Position numbers and translations under genes: made by a program. A DNA stretch of 64,000 bases from assembly GCA_043228905.1 (NCBI GenBank), contig JBHGNT010000014.1, forward strand, positions 20,460,001 through 20,524,000, in the 5' to 3' direction. The DNA is from Azolla caroliniana. Lineage: Eukaryota; Plantae; Polypodiophyta. The notes under the pieces were generated by a model. The model worked only from the letters and a program-made list of their open reading frames with translations. It had not been told where the DNA came from and did not search any database. Below are positions 24,253 through 36,199 of the stretch, piece by piece (position 1 is the first letter of the stretch; each line of letters begins with the position of its first letter).

Positions 24253-25339
24253 AGAAATGAAAGAGTCAAGATGTGTGTGTGTGTGTGTCTGAGAGAGAGA
24301 GAGAGAGAGAGAGTTTTCACGTGGTTTCACAACGGAGCTTTTTCATGTCTGTTTTGCATTTGTAGCATTTGCATTGTGATGCCTGCCTTCGGACATGAGA
24401 AACATACAAGAAAGAGGGTGTGGGAGTTTATTTCCTCCCATTGCTCAAATTTGGCCTCCTCTGCCCCACCCATCTTTTTCCAATGGATGAGCCCAATTCG
24501 GTTCAAGACCATATACACTTCCATATATTTGGATCCAAACTTTCTCACTATTTTGAAGCAGCTTCATCATTGAACCACGTAGATGTGGTTATGTCATGCT
24601 ACAATAGTATTGATAGTTCAACACTTGTGTTGAGAGGTCAAGCCCACCACACACCTAGTGTGTGAACGTACACCCTTTGGTGCATGCATCAGTCAAAGTC
24701 TACTATTGACATAATGAATATGTACTATGTTGATCACTAGTACATATATAAATATGTGTACTTAGGCATACATATGTATATAAATATGAGTACTTAGGCA
24801 TACCTCTTATCCTTGATATTCATTTACACTTTATTACAATTTAGTAATGTAATTGATTGTTCTTTTATTGCACAATCATTCCATGTTTTCTAAAATTCTT
24901 TAGCGTCACTATTCTTATGTATCGTGTCTCTCTTCCCTCTCCCACACACACACAACAATAGCATACACACATCTTATTAAATTTATTGCATTGCATAAAA
25001 CTATATTCCTTAATTTTTTAAAAGTTCCCCATGTTATCATTGTCATTTGATTTTTGACAATCTTAGGGCGAGTTTTTTCTCCATCAAGAGACTCATGAGA
25101 CAATTGGAGTGTAAAGTTTGTTTATGTTTTGAAAATGTAGTAGACATCACATTGTATATAATTCATTATCCAATTCATGGATTGTGGATCATATGTAGAT
25201 GAGCTTTGTTGTAACTCTTCATGGAATAAACTTTGAACCTTACTCAAGCATTATTGACAATATTAATTGTCTTAAAATATACTCAATTTATTAATTTTGG
25301 GTAAAGCTTGGCTTAATACTCATGTTGTATCCAATGATG

Positions 25340-25730
25340 ACAATCAACTAATGAATCCAAAATCAACTTGATCCTCAAATTGCCCCCACCAGAAAACCAA
25401 AAGGCATTATAAGGATTCACAGGTTTTTGGAGGTTACTACCGATAATTTATCAAAACGTTCACAAAGAAAGCATGACCTTTATTTTAACTCCCAAAAGAA
25501 TTTTAGATGTAGAAAAGAATGTAGCAAGTTGTTTGAATAACAAAGAGTGCATATAGTTAAAGGCCCAAATCTTAGATCCCGGATTGGACTAAAGAATTTC
25601 GCATCCAAAAGGATGCATGAGCTTCTATGGTAACAACCATCTTATACCCAACCCAAAGAGGAGAAAATGGATTTTTCCTAGACCTTATGTGAGCCACCAA
25701 TTGAACACAACAGGAAAAAATTGTCGACGA
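25340..25730 (+). mobile_element. Gypsy RT/RNase H relic
   Basis: Broken translation LKLPPPENQKAL*GF...YYR*FIKTF...PL, then PIL.PDWTKEFRI..DA...SHQLNT. Confidence 0.65.
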
Positions 25731-26722
25731 CTCCAATTTGATGGTTTACTCTAACATTTACCAATTATGGGTTAGAATTACTTCAACAAAATATTATGCT
25801 ATTGATGGTTTACTCTAACGTTTACGTAAGCGCATAAATAGACCCGCATATAAAAGGTTCTTTCTCATGGATCATTAATGCACATGACACCACTTTAGTA
25901 TTGATTTTATTCACAAGTGGTTTGCAAACCATTTCTAGATATATTGGATCCACTTGGATGAAAGAAATTTGTTTTCAAATAATCACCAAATTCCCCAATG
26001 TGGCCTGAGGGCAACTTTTGAACATTGTCCTTATTTTCAATATGTGCTTGTACTTTTTGAAGTGCTTTGAAGGGAATAAAACTCTAATTGCATTCTTCCA
26101 GTTACATGTAGCTGAATAAGTAAGGTTGTTACTTATATCCCAATTCATGAGGTTATGAGGGAGATGCAAGAAAGTCATTTGCACAAATCCCTGCTTTTTG
26201 CAACATAGGGTGGTTATTGAGATTTGAATGCAAGCGCAGCATTCTACATAACATCAAGGAAATAGGTATAGTTACTGAGATTTAATTACAACCGCATGGA
26301 TTTATAAGAAAGACAATTTCCCACTAGCATATATACTTAACACAAAGATTGTTTTCTCACATTGTCTCTAGATAGGGGCATGCAAAAAAAGGTATATAAA
26401 CTTGTTGGCCAGACAATAATTTACTATAATTCTATTATCTTTCAAGATTGTGCATATGAGAGGGTAGGTCATACTTGCAAGGGTAACATATATACAAAGG
26501 AATGAAAGATATACATGAAGAAATTAACATCTGATCTGGCCATCCAACATCTTCCCAGGATAATGGTGAGAAGCGCATGGAAGAAAGAAGAAAATTATTT
26601 ATATTGATGTTTTCTGGAGGCTGAAACAATTGTCACATGAGACAATTCCATAAGAAATAAACTGAAGTGTCTTCATTTGGGAGATGAAAAATAAAAAATG
26701 TCCTCAATGTGCTAACCTTCCG

Positions 26723-29700
26723 TTACCCTTTCATTGATTCCTTCTTTGTTTGTTTATGCTTTTGCTTGGGTGGCTTCTCTACGTTTAGCTTCTTCCGTTT
26801 TTTTTTATGATCTAAACCCATATCAAAACTTGGATCAATGCCAAGGAAACCAGATTCTTCTTCTTCTTCTTCTTCATTATCATAAGGAGGAAATTCTGTG
26901 TCCAAACTTTGTGATGTGAAAGCATCCGAAATCTTCATTCTGTCATTATTATTATTGATTAACCCATTGCATTCGTTTTGAATCTCAGGTAATACATACA
27001 CTTCTTCCATCTTCGTATTCGATAAGGGGTCCCAAACCATAGGAACATCAAACCACATTGCATCACCTTCACCAGATTCCTGCCCTGACGATGGGGCTCT
27101 GTCGATTATGAAAGCTGATTTGAACTTCTTTCTTTCTAGACCATGCATGATAACGCTTCTGAAAACATACAGAGTAAAAACACCACCTTATATGTTAATA
27201 TTTTTTTTCACAAGAACCTAAGAGTTTTGGACAACTGAATATGAGAGTTTTGGTGCTCAGCGATGGATGGACGATTCCAATTAGTAGACAACGGAATATG
27301 AAAGAATGATTGAACAAAAGAAAAAAGACATATTAACACCTCTAAAAGACTAACATAGTGGCCAAATGAACAAAGAACGAAGATTGAGATTGAAAAAGAG
27401 AGTATGAATTACTCGCAATTTTTTGAAACTGAAGCTTTTGCATCTTCCCTTGAAAATGAAAACATGGTTCCTAGATTGGCAATATCATTGGGACCTCTCA
27501 AATCCATCCATCGCTGCGCACCACTTGTTATAATGATGTTCCGCCCGCGGGTCAAACCCTGTAATACCTGCTCAGTTGTCTACTAATTAGAATCGCCTTT
27601 TTTTATAATTCAGTACAAAATATTAACAAACAAGCTTATTTCCACAGCGGACTATATTATTGCAATATTAAAACCTCCTTAACTATCAACTCATTAGCAT
27701 GTCTAAAATTAATTATAAAATCAGAAAATGATAAGACACATTTCCACTTTGAACCACTTTAGAAAGCTTTCATAATCATCTCTCTGCCAGTCACTAATCA
27801 GAAAATATTGCATTATTACTATACTAAGTAGGATATCTACATAGTTACAAATGCTAAAATAAATACCACTTCGAATTACTTTATCACAATATTTGCATTA
27901 TTAGCATCATTTGAATCAAGTAATTAAGAAACCTTTTTTAATCATGAGTTTCTTCAACATTTGCAATATACCTGTGCATTGGCAAATAACTGTCTCCGCG
28001 CTTTTATATCTTGAAATGCTCCACTTACAACAATCTCAAAAAAAACACCCCTCTGCATTAAATATACCACATCATAAAAAAGGACTTTTCAAAATTATAA
28101 ATGAATCCACTGAAACGAAGAAAAAGCATATACCTCAATTGCAGCCTTTACAGAGGGTGCTCGTAATCGGATTGACGACTTGAAGTCTAATGAGATAATA
28201 TCCACCTACTCAAACAGTAGTAAGTACAGAATGCTAAAAATATCAGATTTTGGTATAAAACGGAGGTTGATATATGCATAACATATAATTGAATTTGTAA
28301 GTCCCTCTGATCCTCTGTTCCTTGGGCCACTTGTATGTCCAGGAGAATGTTTCATTACTAGGCAATTTACATTATCCACATCTTCTAATCTTCGGCTTCA
28401 ATACTTGCTATGGTGATATATGATCATAGACGAGACCACATCTTCAATTATCACTTCTTGTTGTGTGTGTGTGTGTGTGTGTGTGCGTGAGAGAGAGAGA
28501 GAGAAATCTACATTTGATTCCTCAAATATGACCCAAACCCCACATGTTGGGGACCATTCAAGGAAATGATGGGGCTCAACCAAACTGATCTATTGCCATT
28601 TCTATGTCATTCAAAGAAAAAAGGGTGACCACCATCTGATGAGGTATAGACACGTAAGAGTGTAACACGCGTCACGTTTTATGCTCGATTATAATGAAAA
28701 AAGAAACACACAAAATGGCACAACAAAGATTACACAAGATTTAACGTGGAAAAACCCTCAATGAGGGAAACAACCACGGGACAAAAGTCCAAAACCAATC
28801 CACTATCAAGAAAGAGATACAACACAAAGTACAAGTTCTACTTCTAGATATACTAGAAATATGTAGAGATATGTAGCATAATACTACCGACAAAAATGGT
28901 ACAATAATCCAAAGGGATAAGACTATCTCTCAAGCATATAGTAGAAAAGAAGAGAGAAGAAAACCCGGATAAGAATGTCCACAAGTCGAAGTAGTAGCCG
29001 TGTAGATCTCACGTTGAGTAGCGGAGATGGAAAGAAGATTAAGAGTAGATGAGTCGAGCACCAAGCTTCACCAAGCTCCACCAAGCTTCACTAAGCTTCT
29101 CTATGCTTCACAATGCTTCACTCTCCTTCACACTCTCATACTTTGTTCTCATCTCTTCCCATATATATATATATCTCCTTTCCACCTTCTCTTTGTCTCT
29201 CTCAAAACAAAAACGGTCGTTTTGTTTTGAGAGAGACAAAGAGAAGAGAGGGTGGAAAGGAGATATATATATATGGGAAGAGGTGAGAAAGAAAAAAAAA
29301 GGGATGAGGAGTGTGAAGCATAGAGAAGCATAGTGAAGCTTGGTGAAGCTTGGTGAAGATTGGTGAAGCTTGGTGCTCAACTCATCTACTCCCAATCTCC
29401 TTTCCATCTCCACTACTCAACGTGAGATCTACGCGGCTACTACTTCGACTTGTGGACGTTCTTATCCGGGTTTTCTTCTCTCTTCTTTTCTCTTATATGC
29501 TTGAGAGATAATCTTATCCCTTTGGATTATTGTACCATCTTTGTCGGTAGTACTATGCTACACATCTCTACTTATTTCTAGTATATCTAGAAGTAGAATT
29601 TGTACTTGTGTTGTATCTCTTTGGTGATAGTGGATTGGTTTTGGACTTTTGTCCCGTGGTTGTTTCCCTCATTGAGGGTTTTTCCACGTTAAATCTTGTG

Positions 29701-32700
29701 TAATCTTTGTTGTGCCATTGTGTGTGTTTCTTGTGTTTCTTTTTCATTATAATCGAGCATAAAACGTGACGCGTGTTACACTCTTACGTGTCTATACCTC
29801 TTCTAGTGGTATCAGAGCGGAGGTTGTGTTTTTTTTTGCTCGATTATAAATGGAGGCAAACACATCAACAATGGTTGTTTTAAATGGCACGAACTATCAA
29901 AAATGGAAAGGAAAAATGAAAGATTTGCTTTTCGTTAAAAATATGCATTTACCTATATTCGCAAAGATTAAACCCGAAAAGAAAAATGATGAGGAATGGG
30001 ATTTTGAAAATGAACAAGTATGTGGTTTCATTCGTCAATGGGTAGGAGATAATGTCTTGAATCATGTTGTGAATGAAACAAATGCAAAGACTTTGTGGAA
30101 TAAATTAGAAACCTTATATGCTTCTAGAACCGGTAACAATAAGTTGTTTTTACTTAAACAAGCAATGCATTTGACTTATAAAGAAAATAAGTCGGTTTTA
30201 GATCATTTAAATGAGTTTCAAGGATGTTTTGATCAATTGTCTAGCATGGGTATAAAGTTTGAAGAAGAAGTTCTTTCTTTATGGTTGCTAAATACTCTTC
30301 CCGAGTCATGGGAAACATTTAGGGTTACTCTAGCTAGTGCGGCTCCTAAGGAAGGCATGACAATTGAACTTGTGAAGAGTGGAATTCTAAATGAAGAAAT
30401 TCAGCGAAGGACGCAAGGAGCAACATCAAACATGGACGCCTTCGTTGCAGAAAATAGAGGAAGAAGCCAAAAGAGGAGTGATGACCGAAACAACAAAGGT
30501 AGAAGTAGAAGTAAGTCAAAGTCTAAATATAAAGATTTAGTTTGTCATTTTTGTGGTAAGACAGGTCACATAAAGAAATATTGTTTCAAATGGAAGAAGG
30601 AAAATAAGGTGTCGAACTACATGAAAGATAAGAAAAATGTGAATGACAATATCGATTCTGTTAATGTTGCTTCCTCTAATGATTTACTTGTTGTATGTAC
30701 AAGTTACAATGAAGTTAACATAAGTAGCCATGAAACCACTTGGGTTCTTGATAGTGGTGCCTCCCACCATGTTACGTCCAGAAGGGATTTTTTCTCATCT
30801 TACACTCCAGGTGACTATGGTGTTGTGAAGATGGGGAATGATGGATTTGCAAAGGTAGTCGGCACAGGAACCATTTGCTTGCAAACCAACACGGGATTCA
30901 AGCTGATTCTACATCAAGTACGACACGTGCCCGATATTAGATTGGATCTAATCTCCACAGGTACATTAGATGACGAGGGTTATAGTCATGCGTCTCAAAA
31001 TGGTAAGTGGAAAATTTGTAAGGGTTCTATGATTATTGCGAAAGCTAATAAATGTTGTCATAATGGTCTATATCTTTTGCAAGCTTCTGTCACTATTGAC
31101 TTTGTCAATGCAGTTGAAAATCAAGATGTTTCAAAATTGTGGCATAAGAGATTGTCCCATATTAGTGAAAAGGGACTTGACTTTCTAGCAAAAAAGAACG
31201 TCCTACCAGGTTTAAAAGATGTGAAGTTAGATACATGTGATCACTATTTGGCAGGGAAGGCTAAGAGGGTTTCCTTTAAGCATTCTTCTCTTCGACGAAA
31301 AGGTATACTCGATCTAGTGCATTTTGATGTGTGTGGACCCTTGAAGGTAAGGTCAATGGGTGGAGCACTTTATTTCGTTACTTTCATTGATGATCATTCT
31401 AGGAAGCTTTGGGTTCGAATGTTGAAATCAAAAGATCAAGTTTTTGATGTTTTTAAAGAGTTTCATGTTTTTGTTGAGAGAGAAACAGGGAAGAAACTGA
31501 AGTGTATTCGTAGCGATAATGGTGGCGAATACTGTGGATCTTTCGATGCGTATTGTCGAGAGCAAGGTATCAAACATCAAAGAACCCCTCCTAAGACTCC
31601 CCAATTAAATGGTTTGGCCGAAAGAATGAATAGAACCTTAGTTGAAAGAGTTAGGTGCTTACTCTCAGATGCAAGGTTACCTAAATCATTTTGGGGTGAG
31701 GCTTTGAATACTGTTGCACATATCATTAATTTATCTCCTACTACCGCATTGCAAGGTGATGTACCAAATAGAGTATGGTATGGTAAAGATGTCTCTTATG
31801 ATTATTTACGTGTGTTTGGGTGTAAGTGTTTTGTGCATATACCCAAGGATGAAAGATCAAAGTTAGATGCTAAATCTAAACAATGCATTTTTATTGGATA
31901 TGGTCAAGATGATTTTGGTTATAGGTGTTACGATCCTGTGGGAAAGAAGCTTATTAGGAGTCGTGACGTAGTGTTCATCGAAGACCAAACCATTGAGGAC
32001 ATTGACAAGGCGGAAAGGTCAAATACCCCTTCAGATGGTGACCTAGTAGATATTGAACCAATTCCTGTGATGGATGATGATACACAAGAGAGTGCCTCAC
32101 AACAAGAAGAGCAACATGAGGATGTTGTTGAGCCGTTGATTATAGATGATGCTAGTAATGATGTTGTTTTGCCAGAGACAGGTCTTGAGCGGGGGGAGGA
32201 ACTCCCATTACAAGAGGTGGCAAATCAACCTTTAAGGAGATCTACTAGAGAACGACGACCATCCATGAGGTATCCTAGCTCTGAATATGTTTTACTCACT
32301 AATGACGGTGAACCGGAAAGTTTTCATGATGTGCAAACTCTTAAAGACAAAGATAGTTGGGTAGAGGCCATGCATGAAGAAATTAATTCTTTGAAAAAGA
32401 ATAACACATTTGAGCTAGTTGAACTTCCTAAGGGTAGGAAAGCTTTGAAAAATAAATGGGTGTTTAAGTTGAAAAGGGGTGATGATAACTTTATAAAATA
32501 TAAAGCTCGTTTGGTAGTAAAAGGATATGGTCAAAAGAAAGGAATTGACTTTGATGAAATTTTCTCACCAGTTGTGAAATTAAGTTCAATACGAATTGTG
32601 TTAGGTTTGGTAGCTAGTTTAAACCTTGAACTTGAACAATTAGATGTGAAAACTGCTTTTTTACATGGTGACCTAGATGAGGAAATATACATGGAACAAC

Positions 32701-35700
32701 CAGAGGGTTTTAAAGAGAAAGGGAAAGAACATTTGGTATGTAGGTTGAAAAAGAGTCTCTATGGCCTAAAACAAGCACCGCGCCAATGGTATAAAAAGTT
32801 TGATTCTTTTATGGTGAATCAAGGTTATAAAAGAACTAATGCGGACCATTGTGTGTATGTTAAACAATTTGAGGATGGTAATTTTATTATACTTCTTTTG
32901 TATGTTGATGATATGCTAATTGTTGGGCAAGACCTAAATATGATTAATAGGTTAAAAGTGGAGTTATCTAAAACTTTTGACATGAAAGATTTAGGGCCTT
33001 CTAAGCACATTTTAGGTATGCAAATAACTCGTGATAGAGAATCAAAGAAATTGTGGCTTTCACAAGAAACGTACATAGAAAGAATCCTCGAAAGGTTCAA
33101 CATGCAATATTCGAAACCGGTAAGTACTCCTCTTGCCACTCACTTTAAATTGAGTAGGAAATGTTGTCCAATTACCGAGGAGGAAAGAGATGAGATGTCA
33201 TCGATTCCCTATGCCTCGGCGGTTGGATCTTTAATGTATGCTATGGTTAGCACACGACCAGATATTGCACATGCAGTTGGTACAGTGAGTAGGTATCTCT
33301 CTAACCCTGGTAAATCTCATTGGAATGCCGTAAAATGGATTTTACGGTATTTGAGAGGTACATCTAAGTTGTGCATTTGTTTTGGAGGTTCTAAACCAAT
33401 TCTTGAAGGCTTTACAGATGCGGACATGGCTGGAGATCTTGATGGTAGGAAATCTACATCCGGTTTCTTATTTACTTTTGCAGGGGGAGCTATATCATGG
33501 CAATCCAAATTGCAAAAGTGTGTTGCCTTGTCCACTACAGAAGCTGAATACATTGCAGCAACTGAGGCTGGCAAAGAAATGCTTTGGATGAAAAGGTTTC
33601 TTTTAGAATTGGGTTTGAGCCAATTAACTTATGTGGTTTTTTGTGACAGTCAAAGTGCAATGGACCTAAGCAAGAACTCAATGTATCACTCACGGACAAA
33701 ACACATTGATGTAAGGTATCATTGGTTACGATTGGCGATCGAGGAGCAAATGTTGCAACTAGATAAAGTTCATACTGATGACAACGTTGCTGACATGCTA
33801 ACAAAGGTGGTTCCAAGGGAGAAGCTTGAGCTATGTGCCAAGCTTGCCGGAATGGAGATAAATTGATACACAAGCAATTCTCTCCTTGTGTGACCGGAGG
33901 GGGAGATTGTTAATGTATCCGGTCACTATTTTGTCTTTTCTTTTTTTAATAATATTTATTATTATTATTAGATAGTAATATAAAACAAAACGAAAGTTTT
34001 GTTTCTTTAGTAATTATTACCCTTACTTTATTTCTTTAAAAGGGTAAATGTAAGTTACGTTTTTTAGTGAGTAAAGAAAGAAAAGAATAATAATAATAAT
34101 AATAATAAAGAGGAAAACAAAACAAAACGACCGTTTTTGTTTTTGAGAGAGACAAAGAGAAGAGAGGGTGGAAAGGAGATATATATATATGGGAAGAGGT
34201 GAGAAAGAAAAAAAAAGGGATGAGGAGTGTGAAGCATAGAGAAGCATAGTGAAGCTTGGTGAAGCTTGGTGAAGCTTGGTGAAGCTTGGTGCTCAACTCA
34301 TCTACTCCCAATCTCCTTTCCATCTCCACTACTCAACGTGAGATCTACGCGGCTACTACTTCGACTTGTGGACGTTCTTATCCGGGTTTTCTTCTCTCTT
34401 CTTTTCTCTTATATGCTTGAGAGATAATCTTATCCCTTTGGATTATTGTACCATCTTTGTCGGTAGTACTATGCTACACATCTCTACTTATTTCTAGTAT
34501 ATCTAGAAGTAGAATTTGTACTTGTGTTGTATCTCTTTGGTGATAGTGGATTGGTTTTGGACTTTTGTCCCGTGGTTGTTTCCCTCATTGAGGGTTTTTC
34601 CACGTTAAATCTTGTGTAATCTTTGTTGTGCCATTGTGTGTGTTTCTTGTGTTTCTTTTTCATTATAATCGAGCATAAAACGTGACGCGTGTTACACTCT
34701 TACGTGTCTATACCTCTTCACCATCTTCCACAGTTATAGTGATGGTTTTGAAATTGACAATGGAGCATGGAGACCCCTCCCTACCCGCATGTCTACAGTC
34801 TATTTCAATCAGGAGATCAAGGATGAGCATCATACACCTTGATGTCAAGTTTTAATGGCCATCCGTAATTCTTCCTACTATCAATCAATCACCCAATTCT
34901 TTCACACGAATTCTCTGCTCCCCTGCCTCTTAAGAGCATATGTATGTTCAATGCGTAACCATAAGCAAAATACACGAGGCACAAGTGGCTACACCCTAGC
35001 TCCCATAATGCTTGAATCACCATTGTTTCCTCCTTTGAATCATCAAAAACTCTTGAATCCTCTCACGAAGAGGAGACATTTGCCAGTTATTTTGGAATTG
35101 CAAGACATAAGCAGAAAAAATTAGCTACAAGTGGCTACACCCTCCACGAAAATCCCATAATGCGAAAATATCATCATCTTATTCCAAGAACACGTGTCTG
35201 GCATCCCAAGTACGTCAAAATATTATGATCTTTATATTCTCCTTTGAATCATCAAAAACTCTCCAACATTAAAACATCACCATATATTCCAAGGTCATGT
35301 GTCTAGACTCCCGAAGATAATTAGGGTTTCCTAATTATGTATGCAGAAGCAATGTGTTGCGTGGATGTATTTGAGAGGACAGAAGTTTGTAAAGAGAGTT
35401 GAGGGATTAGTCCATATGAAAATCCACAAGAGGTGGATGGAAGTATTAAGCACAAGAGGAAAATGGTTAATCCATCATCAACTTTACAATGAGCCACTAC
35501 GGGCATTATATACATGTTCGGATACACCAACCCATCATTCTTCACAAAATTAAAGAACTATACAATTCATCACAAAGATAAAGAAGTTGGCTTACCTCCA
35601 AATGACCACAAGCTTGTTCAAACACCCTCTGCTCCACAGGCCGAATAGCCACAATATCATAAGACTTTAGTAATGGATTCGCGGGATTCAAAGAAGCAGC

Positions 35701-36114
35701 CTGCATCGCATTATCTACAACGAGGGTGAGGCGGCGATATTGTCTAAAGGAACCTCTTCTTTTACCGGTAGCTAAAGAACCACTGGTGTTCTCTGCACCA
35801 ACAACGCCATGGAGAACTTCTCTATGGAAATGGGCAGACCTAACGATCTCTGAACCATCATCTGAAGCGATTGCTGGGAGGTTGACAGAGGAGATATTGC
35901 AGAGATCAGAGGAAGAAGACATGGCACCTTTGATGACGTGGTTGAGGGCGATGCCGGAGTAACCTAACTGTAGAGCAGTGGTGACAAGAGAGGATTTGAG
36001 GGTGGGAGACAGACCATCGATGGCGAGGTTAAGGTCGTAGAAGGACGCTGAGCTCCATCGCTTCTTCTTCTTCTTCTTCTTCTTATTCTTCAAATTCATC
36101 GTCTCCTTCGCCAT
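26723..36114 (-). CDS. RPP30: RNase P/MRP subunit RPP30 (GAF1-like), ~420 aa; exons 35596-36114, 28134-28205, 27972-28052, 27413-27567, 26723-27158
   Basis: Motifs FYDLNL...ALQLGYSGIALNH, FRQYRRLTLVV, YDIVAIRP, VDIISLDF, RGVFFEI, TRGRNIIITSGA...LRGPNDIANL. All introns are GT-AG and in phase. The Copia lies in intron 1. Confidence 0.92.
28637..29228 (-). repeat. Inverted partial LTR (TATA-R-U5) from a diverged member of the same Copia family
   Basis: Reverse complement of LTR sequence ending ...TATACCTCATCA. It has many substitutions and indels versus the forward LTRs and forms a ~1.17-kb palindrome with 29229-29804. Confidence 0.93.
29850..33866 (+). CDS. Copia Gag-Pol polyprotein (gag, zinc knuckle, protease, integrase, RT, RNase H)
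   Basis: Uninterrupted 1338-aa ORF with CHFCGKTGHIKKYC, WVLDSGASHH, LWHKRLSH, SDNGGEY, NGLAER, QLDVKTAFLHG, LYVDD and DADMAG...TEAEY...DSQSA. Confidence 0.97.
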   Translation: MEANTSTMVVLNGTNYQKWKGKMKDLLFVKNMHLPIFAKIKPEKKNDEEWDFENEQVCGFIRQWVGDNVLNHVVNETNAKTLWNKLETLYASRTGNNKLFLLKQAMHLTYKENKSVLDHLNEFQGCFDQLSSMGIKFEEEVLSLWLLNTLPESWETFRVTLASAAPKEGMTIELVKSGILNEEIQRRTQGATSNMDAFVAENRGRSQKRSDDRNNKGRSRSKSKSKYKDLVCHFCGKTGHIKKYCFKWKKENKVSNYMKDKKNVNDNIDSVNVASSNDLLVVCTSYNEVNISSHETTWVLDSGASHHVTSRRDFFSSYTPGDYGVVKMGNDGFAKVVGTGTICLQTNTGFKLILHQVRHVPDIRLDLISTGTLDDEGYSHASQNGKWKICKGSMIIAKANKCCHNGLYLLQASVTIDFVNAVENQDVSKLWHKRLSHISEKGLDFLAKKNVLPGLKDVKLDTCDHYLAGKAKRVSFKHSSLRRKGILDLVHFDVCGPLKVRSMGGALYFVTFIDDHSRKLWVRMLKSKDQVFDVFKEFHVFVERETGKKLKCIRSDNGGEYCGSFDAYCREQGIKHQRTPPKTPQLNGLAERMNRTLVERVRCLLSDARLPKSFWGEALNTVAHIINLSPTTALQGDVPNRVWYGKDVSYDYLRVFGCKCFVHIPKDERSKLDAKSKQCIFIGYGQDDFGYRCYDPVGKKLIRSRDVVFIEDQTIEDIDKAERSNTPSDGDLVDIEPIPVMDDDTQESASQQEEQHEDVVEPLIIDDASNDVVLPETGLERGEELPLQEVANQPLRRSTRERRPSMRYPSSEYVLLTNDGEPESFHDVQTLKDKDSWVEAMHEEINSLKKNNTFELVELPKGRKALKNKWVFKLKRGDDNFIKYKARLVVKGYGQKKGIDFDEIFSPVVKLSSIRIVLGLVASLNLELEQLDVKTAFLHGDLDEEIYMEQPEGFKEKGKEHLVCRLKKSLYGLKQAPRQWYKKFDSFMVNQGYKRTNADHCVYVKQFEDGNFIILLLYVDDMLIVGQDLNMINRLKVELSKTFDMKDLGPSKHILGMQITRDRESKKLWLSQETYIERILERFNMQYSKPVSTPLATHFKLSRKCCPITEEERDEMSSIPYASAVGSLMYAMVSTRPDIAHAVGTVSRYLSNPGKSHWNAVKWILRYLRGTSKLCICFGGSKPILEGFTDADMAGDLDGRKSTSGFLFTFAGGAISWQSKLQKCVALSTTEAEYIAATEAGKEMLWMKRFLLELGLSQLTYVVFCDSQSAMDLSKNSMYHSRTKHIDVRYHWLRLAIEEQMLQLDKVHTDDNVADMLTKVVPREKLELCAKLAGMEIN
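33908..34720 (+). repeat. Complete 3' LTR (813 bp)
   Basis: Begins TGTTAATG after the PPT and ends CTCTTCA. By eye it differs from the retained 5' LTR portion at only ~2 positions. Confidence 0.95.
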
Positions 36115-36199
36115 AATCGTTAGCTTAAAAGAGAGTGTTATGTTACAAAATGAGACGAAAATGAATAGATCTCTCTGTGTCTCTGTCTCTGTCTCTCTC

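Larger units (their letters stand above)
28637..34720 (+). mobile_element. Ty1/Copia LTR retrotransposon (Tnt1/Tto1-like) with an inverted LTR half at its left end
   Basis: TSD CCATC at 28632-28636 and 34721-34725. PBS TGGTATCAGAGC (initiator Met) at 29807-29818. PPT GGAGGGGGAGA at ~33896-33906. The 3' LTR (33908-34720) is TG...CA, and the 5' LTR is truncated (~29229-29804). Confidence 0.95.

Noticed and set aside
28636-28660. Other CTGATGA motifs (also ~16864, ~20659, ~23940, ~63315) as hammerheads
   Set aside because: None is followed by a stem II and GAAA in the right geometry.
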